DNA of 64,000 nucleotides from an uncultured Methanosarcinales archaeon (GTDB taxonomy: Archaea; Nanobdellota; Nanobdellia; Woesearchaeales; GW2011-AR9), in the NCBI GenBank assembly GCA_964510085.1, contig CAZEAB010000002.1:35567-99566 (forward strand), written 5' to 3'. The notes beneath the pieces were generated by a model that ran no database searches, had not been told where the DNA came from, and worked only from the letters and a program-made list of their open reading frames with translations. Positions 19,400 to 27,023 of the stretch are shown here, piece by piece; position 1 is the first letter of the stretch; each line of letters starts with the position of its first letter. A program made the translations under genes and the position numbers.

Positions 19400-19863
19400 T
19401 CCTCTTCTCCCTTCTTCATGGGATCAATCAAAAATTTTCCCTCTAGAAGAATATTCTGTCCAATCAATAAAGGATATGTCATATGGCTTCTATCAGCAAG
19501 TGTAAATTCTTCTTCAATTTCAAGACCATTAATTATAATTTTTGCTTTTACGATTGGTCTCTTTCCAATACCTGAAGCAGACTTCACAACTTTAGATCGT
19601 GTAATTGGTCCTAATTCTAGCTTTGCAGCTACATTTAAATCAATAGAAGATGCAGTAGCTCCTGAGTCTATCCGTGCTAATACTTCTTCTCTTTCTTCAT
19701 TGTTACCTATGACGGTAACAGGTTCTGTTAAACCTAATATTGGTCTTTCGTCCATTTTATATACACTTGTGGAAGGGCGTTTATAAGCTTTGCTATGGTG
19801 TATTTTAAGCTTAAAAAAGGAATGAGCAGCGTCAATTTGTGAACGATTTTTAGATAAAAACAT
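19396..19863 (-). CDS. RimK-associated retropepsin-like aspartic protease (PF05618-type 'ATP-dependent zinc protease' family)
   Basis: 155 aa with a D-S-G-A motif (ARIDSGATASSIDL). It has a 4-nt overlap with the rimK-like gene, the usual arrangement of this pair. Confidence 0.6.
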   Translation of the reverse strand: MFLSKNRSQIDAAHSFFKLKIHHSKAYKRPSTSVYKMDERPILGLTEPVTVIGNNEEREEVLARIDSGATASSIDLNVAAKLELGPITRSKVVKSASGIGKRPIVKAKIIINGLEIEEEFTLADRSHMTYPLLIGQNILLEGKFLIDPMKKGEEE

Positions 19864-19870
19864 TTATTGC

Positions 19871-19905
19871 CTCAGGGGGAGGGCCCCTACGGGGATGGGG
19901 CAGTG
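19871..19905. other. GC-rich hairpin element in the divergent promoter region upstream of tRNA-Glu
   Basis: 'ctcagggggagggcccctacggggatggggcag' is a strong GC island in AT-rich DNA. It folds GCCCC-tac-GGGG and partly resembles the tRNA-Glu 5' end (gcccctgtgg). Confidence 0.3.
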
Positions 19906-19989
19906 CAATGTATCTATATGAAAAGTGAACCCGACTCTGCTCACAAATTAAGAAACATTTTTAAAGAGATTACCTTTTGGATTGAGTAA

Positions 19990-20108
19990 GCCCCTGTGGT
20001 GTAGTCCGGACAAATTCAAACACTGGATTCACAGGGTTTGTCTTTTGGGATAAACTATCATTCTGCCCTTTCGAGGCAGCGACCCGGGTTCAAATCCCGG
20101 CGGGGGCG
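19990..20108 (+). tRNA. tRNA-Glu (anticodon TTC) with a ~44 nt non-canonical intron in the D-arm (after ~position 21)
   Basis: Hand-folded. The acceptor stem is GCCCCTG/CGGGGGC. The D-arm GTGT-AGTCCGGACAA…TCAT matches the archaeal Glu type only after removing 44 nt. The anticodon arm is CTGCC-CTTTCGA-GGCAG and the T-arm is CCGGG-TTCAAAT-CCCGG. Confidence 0.6.
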
Positions 20109-20154
20109 CTTTTCTTTCCACAACTATTATATACATTAATACATTCTAACAAGC

Positions 20155-20397
20155 ATGCCAAGAAAGAAGAAGAACATTGCTACACTCTGTGTGGAAATGC
20201 CATTAAGATTAATCCCAGAAACAGCTAGAGTTCTAGAATCTGTTGGAAGAAAAGGTTCAGTGTATTGTAGACAATCAGTTAATGATTATAGATTTCTAGA
20301 TGCAACTTTTACAATGACTTATCATGGCTCTAAATTTGTAAGAAGAACATCAACAGCATTTATTGACACGTTATTTAAACCAAAATACTCAAAATAA
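20155..20397 (+). CDS. Hypothetical protein
   Basis: 80 aa ORF with no motif. Confidence 0.3.
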   Translation: MPRKKKNIATLCVEMPLRLIPETARVLESVGRKGSVYCRQSVNDYRFLDATFTMTYHGSKFVRRTSTAFIDTLFKPKYSK

Positions 20398-20877
20398 TTA
20401 TTTTTTCTTATATCTCCACACTAAAATTAAAATTAGTGAAATCCCAATCAAACCCCAATTAGTTATCATAAACCATTTCGTTCCCCAACTAATTCCAGGA
20501 AAAGCCCATTCAGATACTGGCCACAGAAATGGTGTTGGTAAAAATTCTCTCGTGTGCGTAAGCATATCAAGAAATACTTGTATAGGCCATGCAAACATAA
20601 AAATAGGAATTCGTCGAAGATAAAGATATACAAAAAGAAAGATTACAGCAATCACAACCAAACTATGTCCTAACCCATAACTTGCTTGTACCCAACTTGG
20701 AAGGATGGAAGAAGGTCTTCCAACTCCGCCATTAAATAATCTATAAAAGAAAAACGGAGCCCAACTAATAATATCTGCCAGCAACCCAAACAATACAGCA
20801 AACCACACATCTTTTCTCCTATGAAAAAGAATATATGACCAAGCCCCATGTGAAAAAAAATCCATACTTAGAAACAA
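20398..20877 (-). CDS. Membrane-bound metal-dependent hydrolase, YdjM/DUF457-like
   Basis: 159 aa polytopic membrane protein with a His-rich N-terminus (MDFFSHGAWSY), consistent with the YdjM family. Confidence 0.5.
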   Translation of the reverse strand: MFLSMDFFSHGAWSYILFHRRKDVWFAVLFGLLADIISWAPFFFYRLFNGGVGRPSSILPSWVQASYGLGHSLVVIAVIFLFVYLYLRRIPIFMFAWPIQVFLDMLTHTREFLPTPFLWPVSEWAFPGISWGTKWFMITNWGLIGISLILILVWRYKKK

Positions 20878-20888
20878 TACAAATCTCC

Positions 20889-21833
20889 TTATAAACTTTC
20901 CTTAAACTCCTCAAACAATGTCTTAATCTCATCAATAGATTTAACCTTCAACAACTTCCCACGTAATTCTTTACTACCCTTACACCCTTTACTAAAATTC
21001 ATTGCTTGCATTCTAATATTCGCCAATTTTATTTTATAGTTTTGAGCATACTTCAAATACTTAAAAAACGTAGTCAAACGACCTTTATCACTAACCTTCC
21101 TATAAGTTCCCTCAGATAAAAACTCATTAACCTGCGCAAACAGAAACGGATTCTTTGCAGCAGCCCTTCCAATCATCACATAATCACACCCAGTTTCAGA
21201 GATCATACGAGCAGCATCTTCTGGCGTTTCTATGTCACCATTACCACATACTGCAATTTCAACAGATTCCTTCAACTTTGTAATCAACGACCAATCTGAC
21301 TTCCCGGAATACCCTTGCTTAACAGTTCTTGGATGTAATGTAATCATCGCCAAACCTTCTTCCTCAGCAATTTTACCAATCTCTAAATACTTATCCGTTT
21401 TGTTAATACCTGCTCTTATCTTAACAGTAACTGGAACAGTAGCATGCTTCACTAACACCTTAAAAATCTCTCGAGTCAACTCTGGCTCTTGTAATAAAGC
21501 AGAACAAGCCATTGACTTTGTAATATGTGGAGCTGGACATCCCATGTTATAATCAATAATATCAAAATGTTTTGTAACTATCTTCACAGCTTCTTCTAAC
21601 TTTTCCAAATTAGAACCAAACAACTGTATAGAAATGGGCCTTTCCTTTTCAGAGAACTGAACAAACTCCATAATCTCATTTGCTTTAGCAGAAACTGCAT
21701 GTACGTTAACAAATTCAGTTACTACCAATCCCGCTCCTAATTCTTTACATATTAGACGCAGAGCTGGGTCTGATACACCTGCCATTGGTGCAAAGAATGC
21801 TTTACTTGTAAAATCTGGAAGTTTTTTCTTCAT
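20889..21833 (-). CDS. dus: tRNA-dihydrouridine synthase
   Basis: It has a TIM-barrel flavoenzyme fold (FAPMAGVSD…NMGCP…GNGDI…) typical of Dus. Confidence 0.85.
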   Translation of the reverse strand: MKKKLPDFTSKAFFAPMAGVSDPALRLICKELGAGLVVTEFVNVHAVSAKANEIMEFVQFSEKERPISIQLFGSNLEKLEEAVKIVTKHFDIIDYNMGCPAPHITKSMACSALLQEPELTREIFKVLVKHATVPVTVKIRAGINKTDKYLEIGKIAEEEGLAMITLHPRTVKQGYSGKSDWSLITKLKESVEIAVCGNGDIETPEDAARMISETGCDYVMIGRAAAKNPFLFAQVNEFLSEGTYRKVSDKGRLTTFFKYLKYAQNYKIKLANIRMQAMNFSKGCKGSKELRGKLLKVKSIDEIKTLFEEFKESL

Positions 21834-21906
21834 CTAAACTCACAAAACAAACCCCTTTTAAAAAATTATACATAAATTTTAAAAACAACATACTTAAAAT
21901 TCTATT

Positions 21907-22281
21907 ATGAATCAACACATTAAATATCCATTTAAGTTTTTAGAACCAATATTCAAAAAGGTAACACAAAAACAAATAGCACAAGCAGCTCTTATTGTAT
22001 CCTTAGCAAGCGGATATCTTACTGCAATAGGAATTCGAGAAATGGATGAATCCTATACTCCAGAAGTTGCAAGAGCAACACAAATCTATAAAGCTGTTAA
22101 TTCACACCAGCCAAGAGAAAAGAAATTACTTGCGAAAGAACATTTAGATACATTACTTCAAGAACCAGAAATAAGAAGACAATACGATAGACATTCTTCC
22201 GGTTCAGATAAAGCAACATGGGGTTTAATGGGGATCATTTTAAGTGGTTCATTAGCATACGTATTGTCAAAAAAAGATTAA
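21907..22281 (+). CDS. Hypothetical membrane-associated protein
   Basis: 124 aa with two hydrophobic segments. Confidence 0.3.
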   Translation: MNQHIKYPFKFLEPIFKKVTQKQIAQAALIVSLASGYLTAIGIREMDESYTPEVARATQIYKAVNSHQPREKKLLAKEHLDTLLQEPEIRRQYDRHSSGSDKATWGLMGIILSGSLAYVLSKKD

Positions 22282-22847
22282 ACTCTCTCACATTTTTCTA
22301 ATAATACACTTAATTTCTCAAAACCAAACTCACTCAGAGGAATAGTCCTAAAATATTCTTGATTTAACGGGCTATATAACCTCTTCGCATTTTCCATACA
22401 CTCTAACAATCTACCTTTAGAAATAATTCCATAAAAACGAACAACACCATCCTTATTGTGACATACAATATGATAATCACCAATCTTATCCTTTTCAGTT
22501 TGAAATCTATCATCTGGATATGCAACAGATTTCCATTTGAATAATGATTGTTCAGCAACACTTCGCAAACCAACACTTACTTCTTTCCCATCAATCTTCA
22601 CAATAAAATCAGCACCAGCACCTTGCGAATCCCCTACATATTGTCCTCTATTACGGAACCAGATTCCTTTATCAATAAGAATATCTTTAAACGCATGTTC
22701 AGTTACCCAGCAATGAGTAAAATTCTTTATTTTAACATCAACATTCCTGCCTTGCTTTCCCCACCCTTCACTTTGAATCTTCCTTGTAACATCCTCTTTA
22801 ATAATAGAAATACGTTCAGGTGATACACTCTTTTCAAGATAGTTCAT
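22278..22847 (-). CDS. Hypothetical protein; candidate restriction-endonuclease partner of the adjacent DNA methyltransferase
   Basis: 189 aa. It lies 21 nt downstream of the MTase gene in the same orientation. No clear PD-(D/E)xK motif could be confirmed by eye. Confidence 0.3.
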   Translation of the reverse strand: MNYLEKSVSPERISIIKEDVTRKIQSEGWGKQGRNVDVKIKNFTHCWVTEHAFKDILIDKGIWFRNRGQYVGDSQGAGADFIVKIDGKEVSVGLRSVAEQSLFKWKSVAYPDDRFQTEKDKIGDYHIVCHNKDGVVRFYGIISKGRLLECMENAKRLYSPLNQEYFRTIPLSEFGFEKLSVLLEKCERV

Positions 22848-22868
22848 AAAAATAGTTAATTAACCAAT

Positions 22869-23717
22869 TTATTTAATATTTTCCTTCTCTTCAATCTTCT
22901 TAAAAATTAAACAATAATGGTGATGTACATTCGGAACAAAACTATACCTATAACCATATGGATACAACGTCTTATTATCTTGACACCAGATCCTCTCACC
23001 ACGGAATTGAAAATGTTCTCTCATTCTTGTAGCAAAATCCCATGATAAGGTAACATAATTTCCTTTATTCATGTAATTCTGTAATACCACAACAAGATGT
23101 CCACCAACTTTAACCTTTGGTTTAATCTTCACAAAAATATCAACTAACCTATCCAAAAACTCTTCATATGTTTTCGCATTACCTAAATCTAAGTCATCTT
23201 CACTATATTGTGTGTCTAAACCTTCTTCCTCACGTTTTGCAGACGCTAAACCCTTCTTCTGTAACATCATTCCATACGGAGGAGATGTAACAACACAACT
23301 AATCTCCGGCAATGAATACTCCTTCCAAATCTTACCTATTTTTGACGAATCACCTTTAATAACTAACTGTTTAGATAAATCCCTTGCACCATCTTCAGTC
23401 AACGTCAATTGACTTTGTAAATCTTCAACTCTCTTCTGTGCTATATCTGCATACTTCTGCTGTAACTCAATACCAATACCATTCCGATGAGAATTATGAC
23501 ATGCAACTAACGTACTTCCTGTACCAAGAAACGGATCAAATACAACTTCTCCTTCTTTTGTAAAAAACCTAACAAACTCCTCCACCATTCCTTCAGGATA
23601 TTTTGCAGGATGTAACACCTCATTCTTCTTTCTTCTTGGAGGATTATGAACAAACCATGTTTTCGTAAACTGTAACCACTTCTTCGCCTCTAGATCGTTT
23701 AGCTTATTTACTCTCAT
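22869..23717 (-). CDS. DNA methyltransferase, N6-adenine / N4-cytosine (PF01555-type)
   Basis: It has motif I (FDPFLGTGST), the catalytic motif IV (SPPY) and the HPAKYPEGMVEEF AdoMet-binding region. Confidence 0.8.
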   Translation of the reverse strand: MRVNKLNDLEAKKWLQFTKTWFVHNPPRRKKNEVLHPAKYPEGMVEEFVRFFTKEGEVVFDPFLGTGSTLVACHNSHRNGIGIELQQKYADIAQKRVEDLQSQLTLTEDGARDLSKQLVIKGDSSKIGKIWKEYSLPEISCVVTSPPYGMMLQKKGLASAKREEEGLDTQYSEDDLDLGNAKTYEEFLDRLVDIFVKIKPKVKVGGHLVVVLQNYMNKGNYVTLSWDFATRMREHFQFRGERIWCQDNKTLYPYGYRYSFVPNVHHHYCLIFKKIEEKENIK

Positions 23718-23786
23718 ATCAAATTCAGTGAAATGGAAGTATATAAAATTATCATAAAATAAAATTAAAAAAAATATAAGAAAAAA

Positions 23787-24194
23787 TTATCTTTTTCTCT
23801 TTTTAGTTGCTTTTTTCTTGGTTGCTTTCTTTTTTACTGCCTTTTTCTTAACGGTCTTCTTCTTTGTAGCCTTCCGCTTAGTTGTTTTCTTCTTTGCAGT
23901 CTTTTTCTTAGCAACTTTTCGTTTTGTGGTTTTCTTTTTAGTCGCTTTTTTCTTCTTACCAGCTTTTCTACCACGAGCCATTTTTGCTCTTGCAACGTTT
24001 CCTTTCTTATCAACGAAATACAAGTAACCTGACTCCTTCTTAACTTTTGTCTTAGCAACTACTTCTTTTTTGGTTCTTCCTTTTTTCCGACCAGCTCGGC
24101 TCATTTTAGCTCTCGCTATATTTCCGTTCTTATCGACAAAATACAAGTAACCTGATTCTTTTTTTACTCCAGCTTTTGCAACAACTTGTGCCAT
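23787..24194 (-). CDS. Internally duplicated basic protein with a long lysine-rich tail; candidate nucleic-acid-binding / chromatin protein
   Basis: Two tandem ~40 aa repeats (…KKESGYLYFVDKNGNIARAKMSR… / …KKESGYLYFVDKKGNVARAKMAR…) are followed by a (KKKxTKK)n tail. Confidence 0.45.
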   Translation of the reverse strand: MAQVVAKAGVKKESGYLYFVDKNGNIARAKMSRAGRKKGRTKKEVVAKTKVKKESGYLYFVDKKGNVARAKMARGRKAGKKKKATKKKTTKRKVAKKKTAKKKTTKRKATKKKTVKKKAVKKKATKKKATKKRKR

Positions 24195-24294
24195 TACACA
24201 TCCCCTCTTTTCATGTTTTTGAAAACATTGCTGTTTTCTGACGATAAAGAAACGAAATGAGTATTTAAACTTTTCTTTTTTATTGACGAGAAAT

Positions 24295-25017
24295 CTATTG
24301 TAACGTGCTCAAAACACGCTCTGCCAGTAATGCATCATTTAAATTCAAAACACCGCGGTTAAACTTCTCTTGGTCATCAAACCCAATTCTCGGACATGCA
24401 GTATTAACCCATACCTCAATAAAAGGAAAGTTCTCCAACTGACCAAATGAAATGTTATCATCAATAAAGTAATAAAATTTTTTATTCGGAAACTTCTCCT
24501 CTAACATCAAACCAGCCTTTAACTGTTCCTGTCCAGGTTTAACCGTAACAATAACTCCAACAGAATCAGACGACAAATACTTTACTAAAGCACCTTTATA
24601 TTTATTAACCAATGTAGAAATATCCTCGCTAGATAATGTATACATCTTCTTTCCAATAGGATCATTACATACAACTTCTTTTTTCTCTTTCTGCTCCTTT
24701 TGACCTAATACTAATGCCAACGGATGAAACCTACCATCCCCAACATACAAAAATGAATCAAACTCTTCTTCTAGATGTAAAGAATCATGATAACTATCAC
24801 AACCTAATAATTGAGCAACAACATGGGCTCTATCAGCCTTAGACACAATATACTTAATACTTGCTTCATCTAATTGTTTTGTAACTGTATCTAACTTAGA
24901 TACAAATTGAACAGAAGCAAATAACGCTACTTTCTTTCCTTTCAAATAATCAAGAGTATCAGAACACAATTCTACATCACCAGAGTACGGGGCATCTAAG
25001 AATAACGTATTTACCAT
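24295..25017 (-). CDS. dph2: Diphthamide synthesis enzyme Dph2 (2-(3-amino-3-carboxypropyl)histidine synthase), C-terminal 240 aa part of a split gene
   Basis: It covers Dph2 domains 2 and 3 (…YVGDGRFHPL…VNTACPRI…). It overlaps by 7 nt, out of frame, the ORF encoding the N-terminal domain. Confidence 0.7.
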   Translation of the reverse strand: MVNTLFLDAPYSGDVELCSDTLDYLKGKKVALFASVQFVSKLDTVTKQLDEASIKYIVSKADRAHVVAQLLGCDSYHDSLHLEEEFDSFLYVGDGRFHPLALVLGQKEQKEKKEVVCNDPIGKKMYTLSSEDISTLVNKYKGALVKYLSSDSVGVIVTVKPGQEQLKAGLMLEEKFPNKKFYYFIDDNISFGQLENFPFIEVWVNTACPRIGFDDQEKFNRGVLNLNDALLAERVLSTLQ

Positions 25018-25280
25018 CCTTCCTTCCTCTCAAATCTATTATGTCCCCAACTAATAAGCAAATCAACACCCATTCTCTTCAAACCAAGTGGAATATCACA
25101 CGCACCAAAATTACTTCCTAACCAAATAAATACTCTCACATCCGTTTTTTCAACAAGAAAATCATGAATTCGTTGAGCTTCTGGCTTCATACCATCTGGT
25201 AGCTGAATACACACAGTTTTAGCACTAGTTTCTTCAATTTTTGCAAGTGCTTTGTCCAATTCTATCTCATACAAACCCAT
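25011..25280 (-). CDS. dph2: Dph2 N-terminal domain (89 aa) of the split/frameshifted dph2
   Basis: KTVCIQLPDGMKPEAQ…GSNFGACD matches Dph2 domain 1. Together the two ORFs give about 329 aa, full Dph2 length. Confidence 0.65.
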   Translation of the reverse strand: MGLYEIELDKALAKIEETSAKTVCIQLPDGMKPEAQRIHDFLVEKTDVRVFIWLGSNFGACDIPLGLKRMGVDLLISWGHNRFERKEGW

Positions 25281-25317
25281 AGTAACATTTTTATAACCAT
25301 TCTTTATATACTTTCTT

Positions 25318-25878
25318 ATGCATAATCAAGCATTACAATTTATAGAACAAACACGAGAATACAGAGATAAAAAACTAAACACTATTGGGAGATCTCTGAA
25401 GCGTCTGGGGATTAGTCCAAATATACTCTCATTCTTCTCATTATTAACCGGTCTAACTGCAATGTACTTTGCATTTACGCATCTTGGATACTTTATTCTC
25501 TTTGCACTTCTTCATGTTACGTTTGATGGATTAGATGGTGTAGTTGCACGTCTTGGAACACCTTCTTCATACGGAGCGTACCTAGATATTGGAGTTGATA
25601 CATTTATTACTCTATTAATATTAATAAAAATTGGTTATTACATTAATGATTTCTACCCATATATCATTGCAGGATTATTTACACTAGCCGTACTAATACA
25701 CATGATTACAAAACTAAAAGCACCAATTATGTTTATGAGATCGGTAGGGCTTATTCTTATTGGTATTTCAATGGTAGTACCATTTCAAGTAGGATTTCTT
25801 ACATTCAGTTATCTTTTTGGAGGGGTTGCTACAGCATATTCATTAGCGAAACAAGTACAATTTTTTATTCAACGATAA
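25318..25878 (+). CDS. CDP-alcohol phosphatidyltransferase family protein (archaeal polar-lipid head-group synthase)
   Basis: It has the DG-x2-AR-x8-G-x3-D-x3-D signature (FDGLDGVVARLGTPSSYGAYLDIGVDTF) and multiple TM helices. Confidence 0.6.
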   Translation: MHNQALQFIEQTREYRDKKLNTIGRSLKRLGISPNILSFFSLLTGLTAMYFAFTHLGYFILFALLHVTFDGLDGVVARLGTPSSYGAYLDIGVDTFITLLILIKIGYYINDFYPYIIAGLFTLAVLIHMITKLKAPIMFMRSVGLILIGISMVVPFQVGFLTFSYLFGGVATAYSLAKQVQFFIQR

Positions 25879-26269
25879 TTTTTCCAGATTGACCAATCAT
25901 AACACCATCAACGTATGTAAACTTTCCTGTATTGTCAAATGTATATGTAAATGAACTCTTTGATTTTACAAAAGGACTTTTCATATCAATAATCTCACGT
26001 ACACCAAGAAGTAATAGGGAAAGTTTCTTCCTTTCATTTCTCCATTCAATTGTAGCACCTTGAGAAATAGTAATCACTTCTGGTGTAAATCCAGTATCAT
26101 TCACTCGAACAATATGCCGCGTATATATTGTAGGACTTTTTGTAACAACATCAAATGGAGTTGAAAAGAATGGAGATAAAGATAACTCATAAGGAATAGC
26201 TACACTAGTAACACCTAATAAAACAAGTAAAATTAGTACTAAGAAAATTCTCTTAAAACATCGTGTCAT
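25865..26269 (-). CDS. Secreted hypothetical protein
   Basis: 134 aa with an N-terminal signal/anchor (LVLILLVLLGVTSVAI). Confidence 0.35.
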   Translation of the reverse strand: MTRCFKRIFLVLILLVLLGVTSVAIPYELSLSPFFSTPFDVVTKSPTIYTRHIVRVNDTGFTPEVITISQGATIEWRNERKKLSLLLLGVREIIDMKSPFVKSKSSFTYTFDNTGKFTYVDGVMIGQSGKIIVE

Positions 26270-26768
26270 TAATCTTCAACCAATACCCAATAACATTTGC
26301 AGCCACGTGTAATAATGGACTGACAAGTAACAATATCAAAATAACTTCGGCCTTTGGAACGTAAATAACAAATGAACCAATAATCCCCCCAATTACAAAA
26401 TCAAGTTGATCAAACGGAACCCACGATTTTCCAGGTTTAATCTCTGCCTTTCTCTTATAATAACTTTTTACAGCATCTCCCACAATCGCTCCAAGACCCA
26501 TAAAGAAACCTAGCATAATTGAGAAATCGCTGTAATCAAGTAACGCTAACGCTCTAAAACCATTAATGTACGCAATTTTCTGTAACCAAAACACTAGAAG
26601 GCCAACTAACGCAGCTGAAACAAGACCTCTCCACGTTTTGTGAGAACCAAGCTTTTTCTCCCAAATTGGTTTATTTGGAACATTTAACTTCATCGCAAAA
26701 ACAGGCGCCATATTAGCAATATATGCAGGTAGAAAGAAGTATAGACTTTTAAGTATTAATTCGAGCAT
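26253..26768 (-). CDS. carS: CDP-archaeol synthase
   Basis: 171 aa membrane protein with the conserved GSHKTWRG and DAVKSYYKR…G motifs of the CarS (DUF46) family. Confidence 0.75.
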   Translation of the reverse strand: MLELILKSLYFFLPAYIANMAPVFAMKLNVPNKPIWEKKLGSHKTWRGLVSAALVGLLVFWLQKIAYINGFRALALLDYSDFSIMLGFFMGLGAIVGDAVKSYYKRKAEIKPGKSWVPFDQLDFVIGGIIGSFVIYVPKAEVILILLLVSPLLHVAANVIGYWLKINDTMF

Positions 26769-27023
26769 GGTAATAGAAACTAGTTACTGTTTAAAAAGTT
26801 GTTGAAAGTACTCTCAAATCCTCCCCCAAAGTACTAACACTCACACATAAACATTTATCATAACTTTCAATCACTTATAATACACATTACAAAACTATAT
26901 TCTCAACCACTATAAACTATTTAAATCAACTAATCTCTAGAAATATCTAAACATTACTCAATGTTTTAGGGGGGTTGGACAAATTTTGTTTAGATTTAAG
27001 AATCTCCAATTAAAAGGTTAAAG

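Noticed and set aside
19871-19905. SRP RNA / RNase P RNA fragment
   Set aside because: The GC island is only ~35 nt. No extended conserved helices (for example the SRP Alu or S-domain motifs) are visible in the surrounding AT-rich sequence.
23818-24058. Plus- and minus-strand ORFs overlapping the lysine-tailed protein gene
   Set aside because: These are poly-Phe/Val or poly-Arg/Lys/Leu low-complexity translations of the same K-rich repeat DNA in other frames. The 135-aa frame with the duplicated structured N-terminal modules is the coherent one.
26769-27023. Possible cobalamin riboswitch upstream of the first nrdJ
   Set aside because: The region is AT-rich with only a short G-run (aggggggttgg). 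It has no B12-box-like conserved core and is far too short. Riboswitches are also essentially unreported in archaea.
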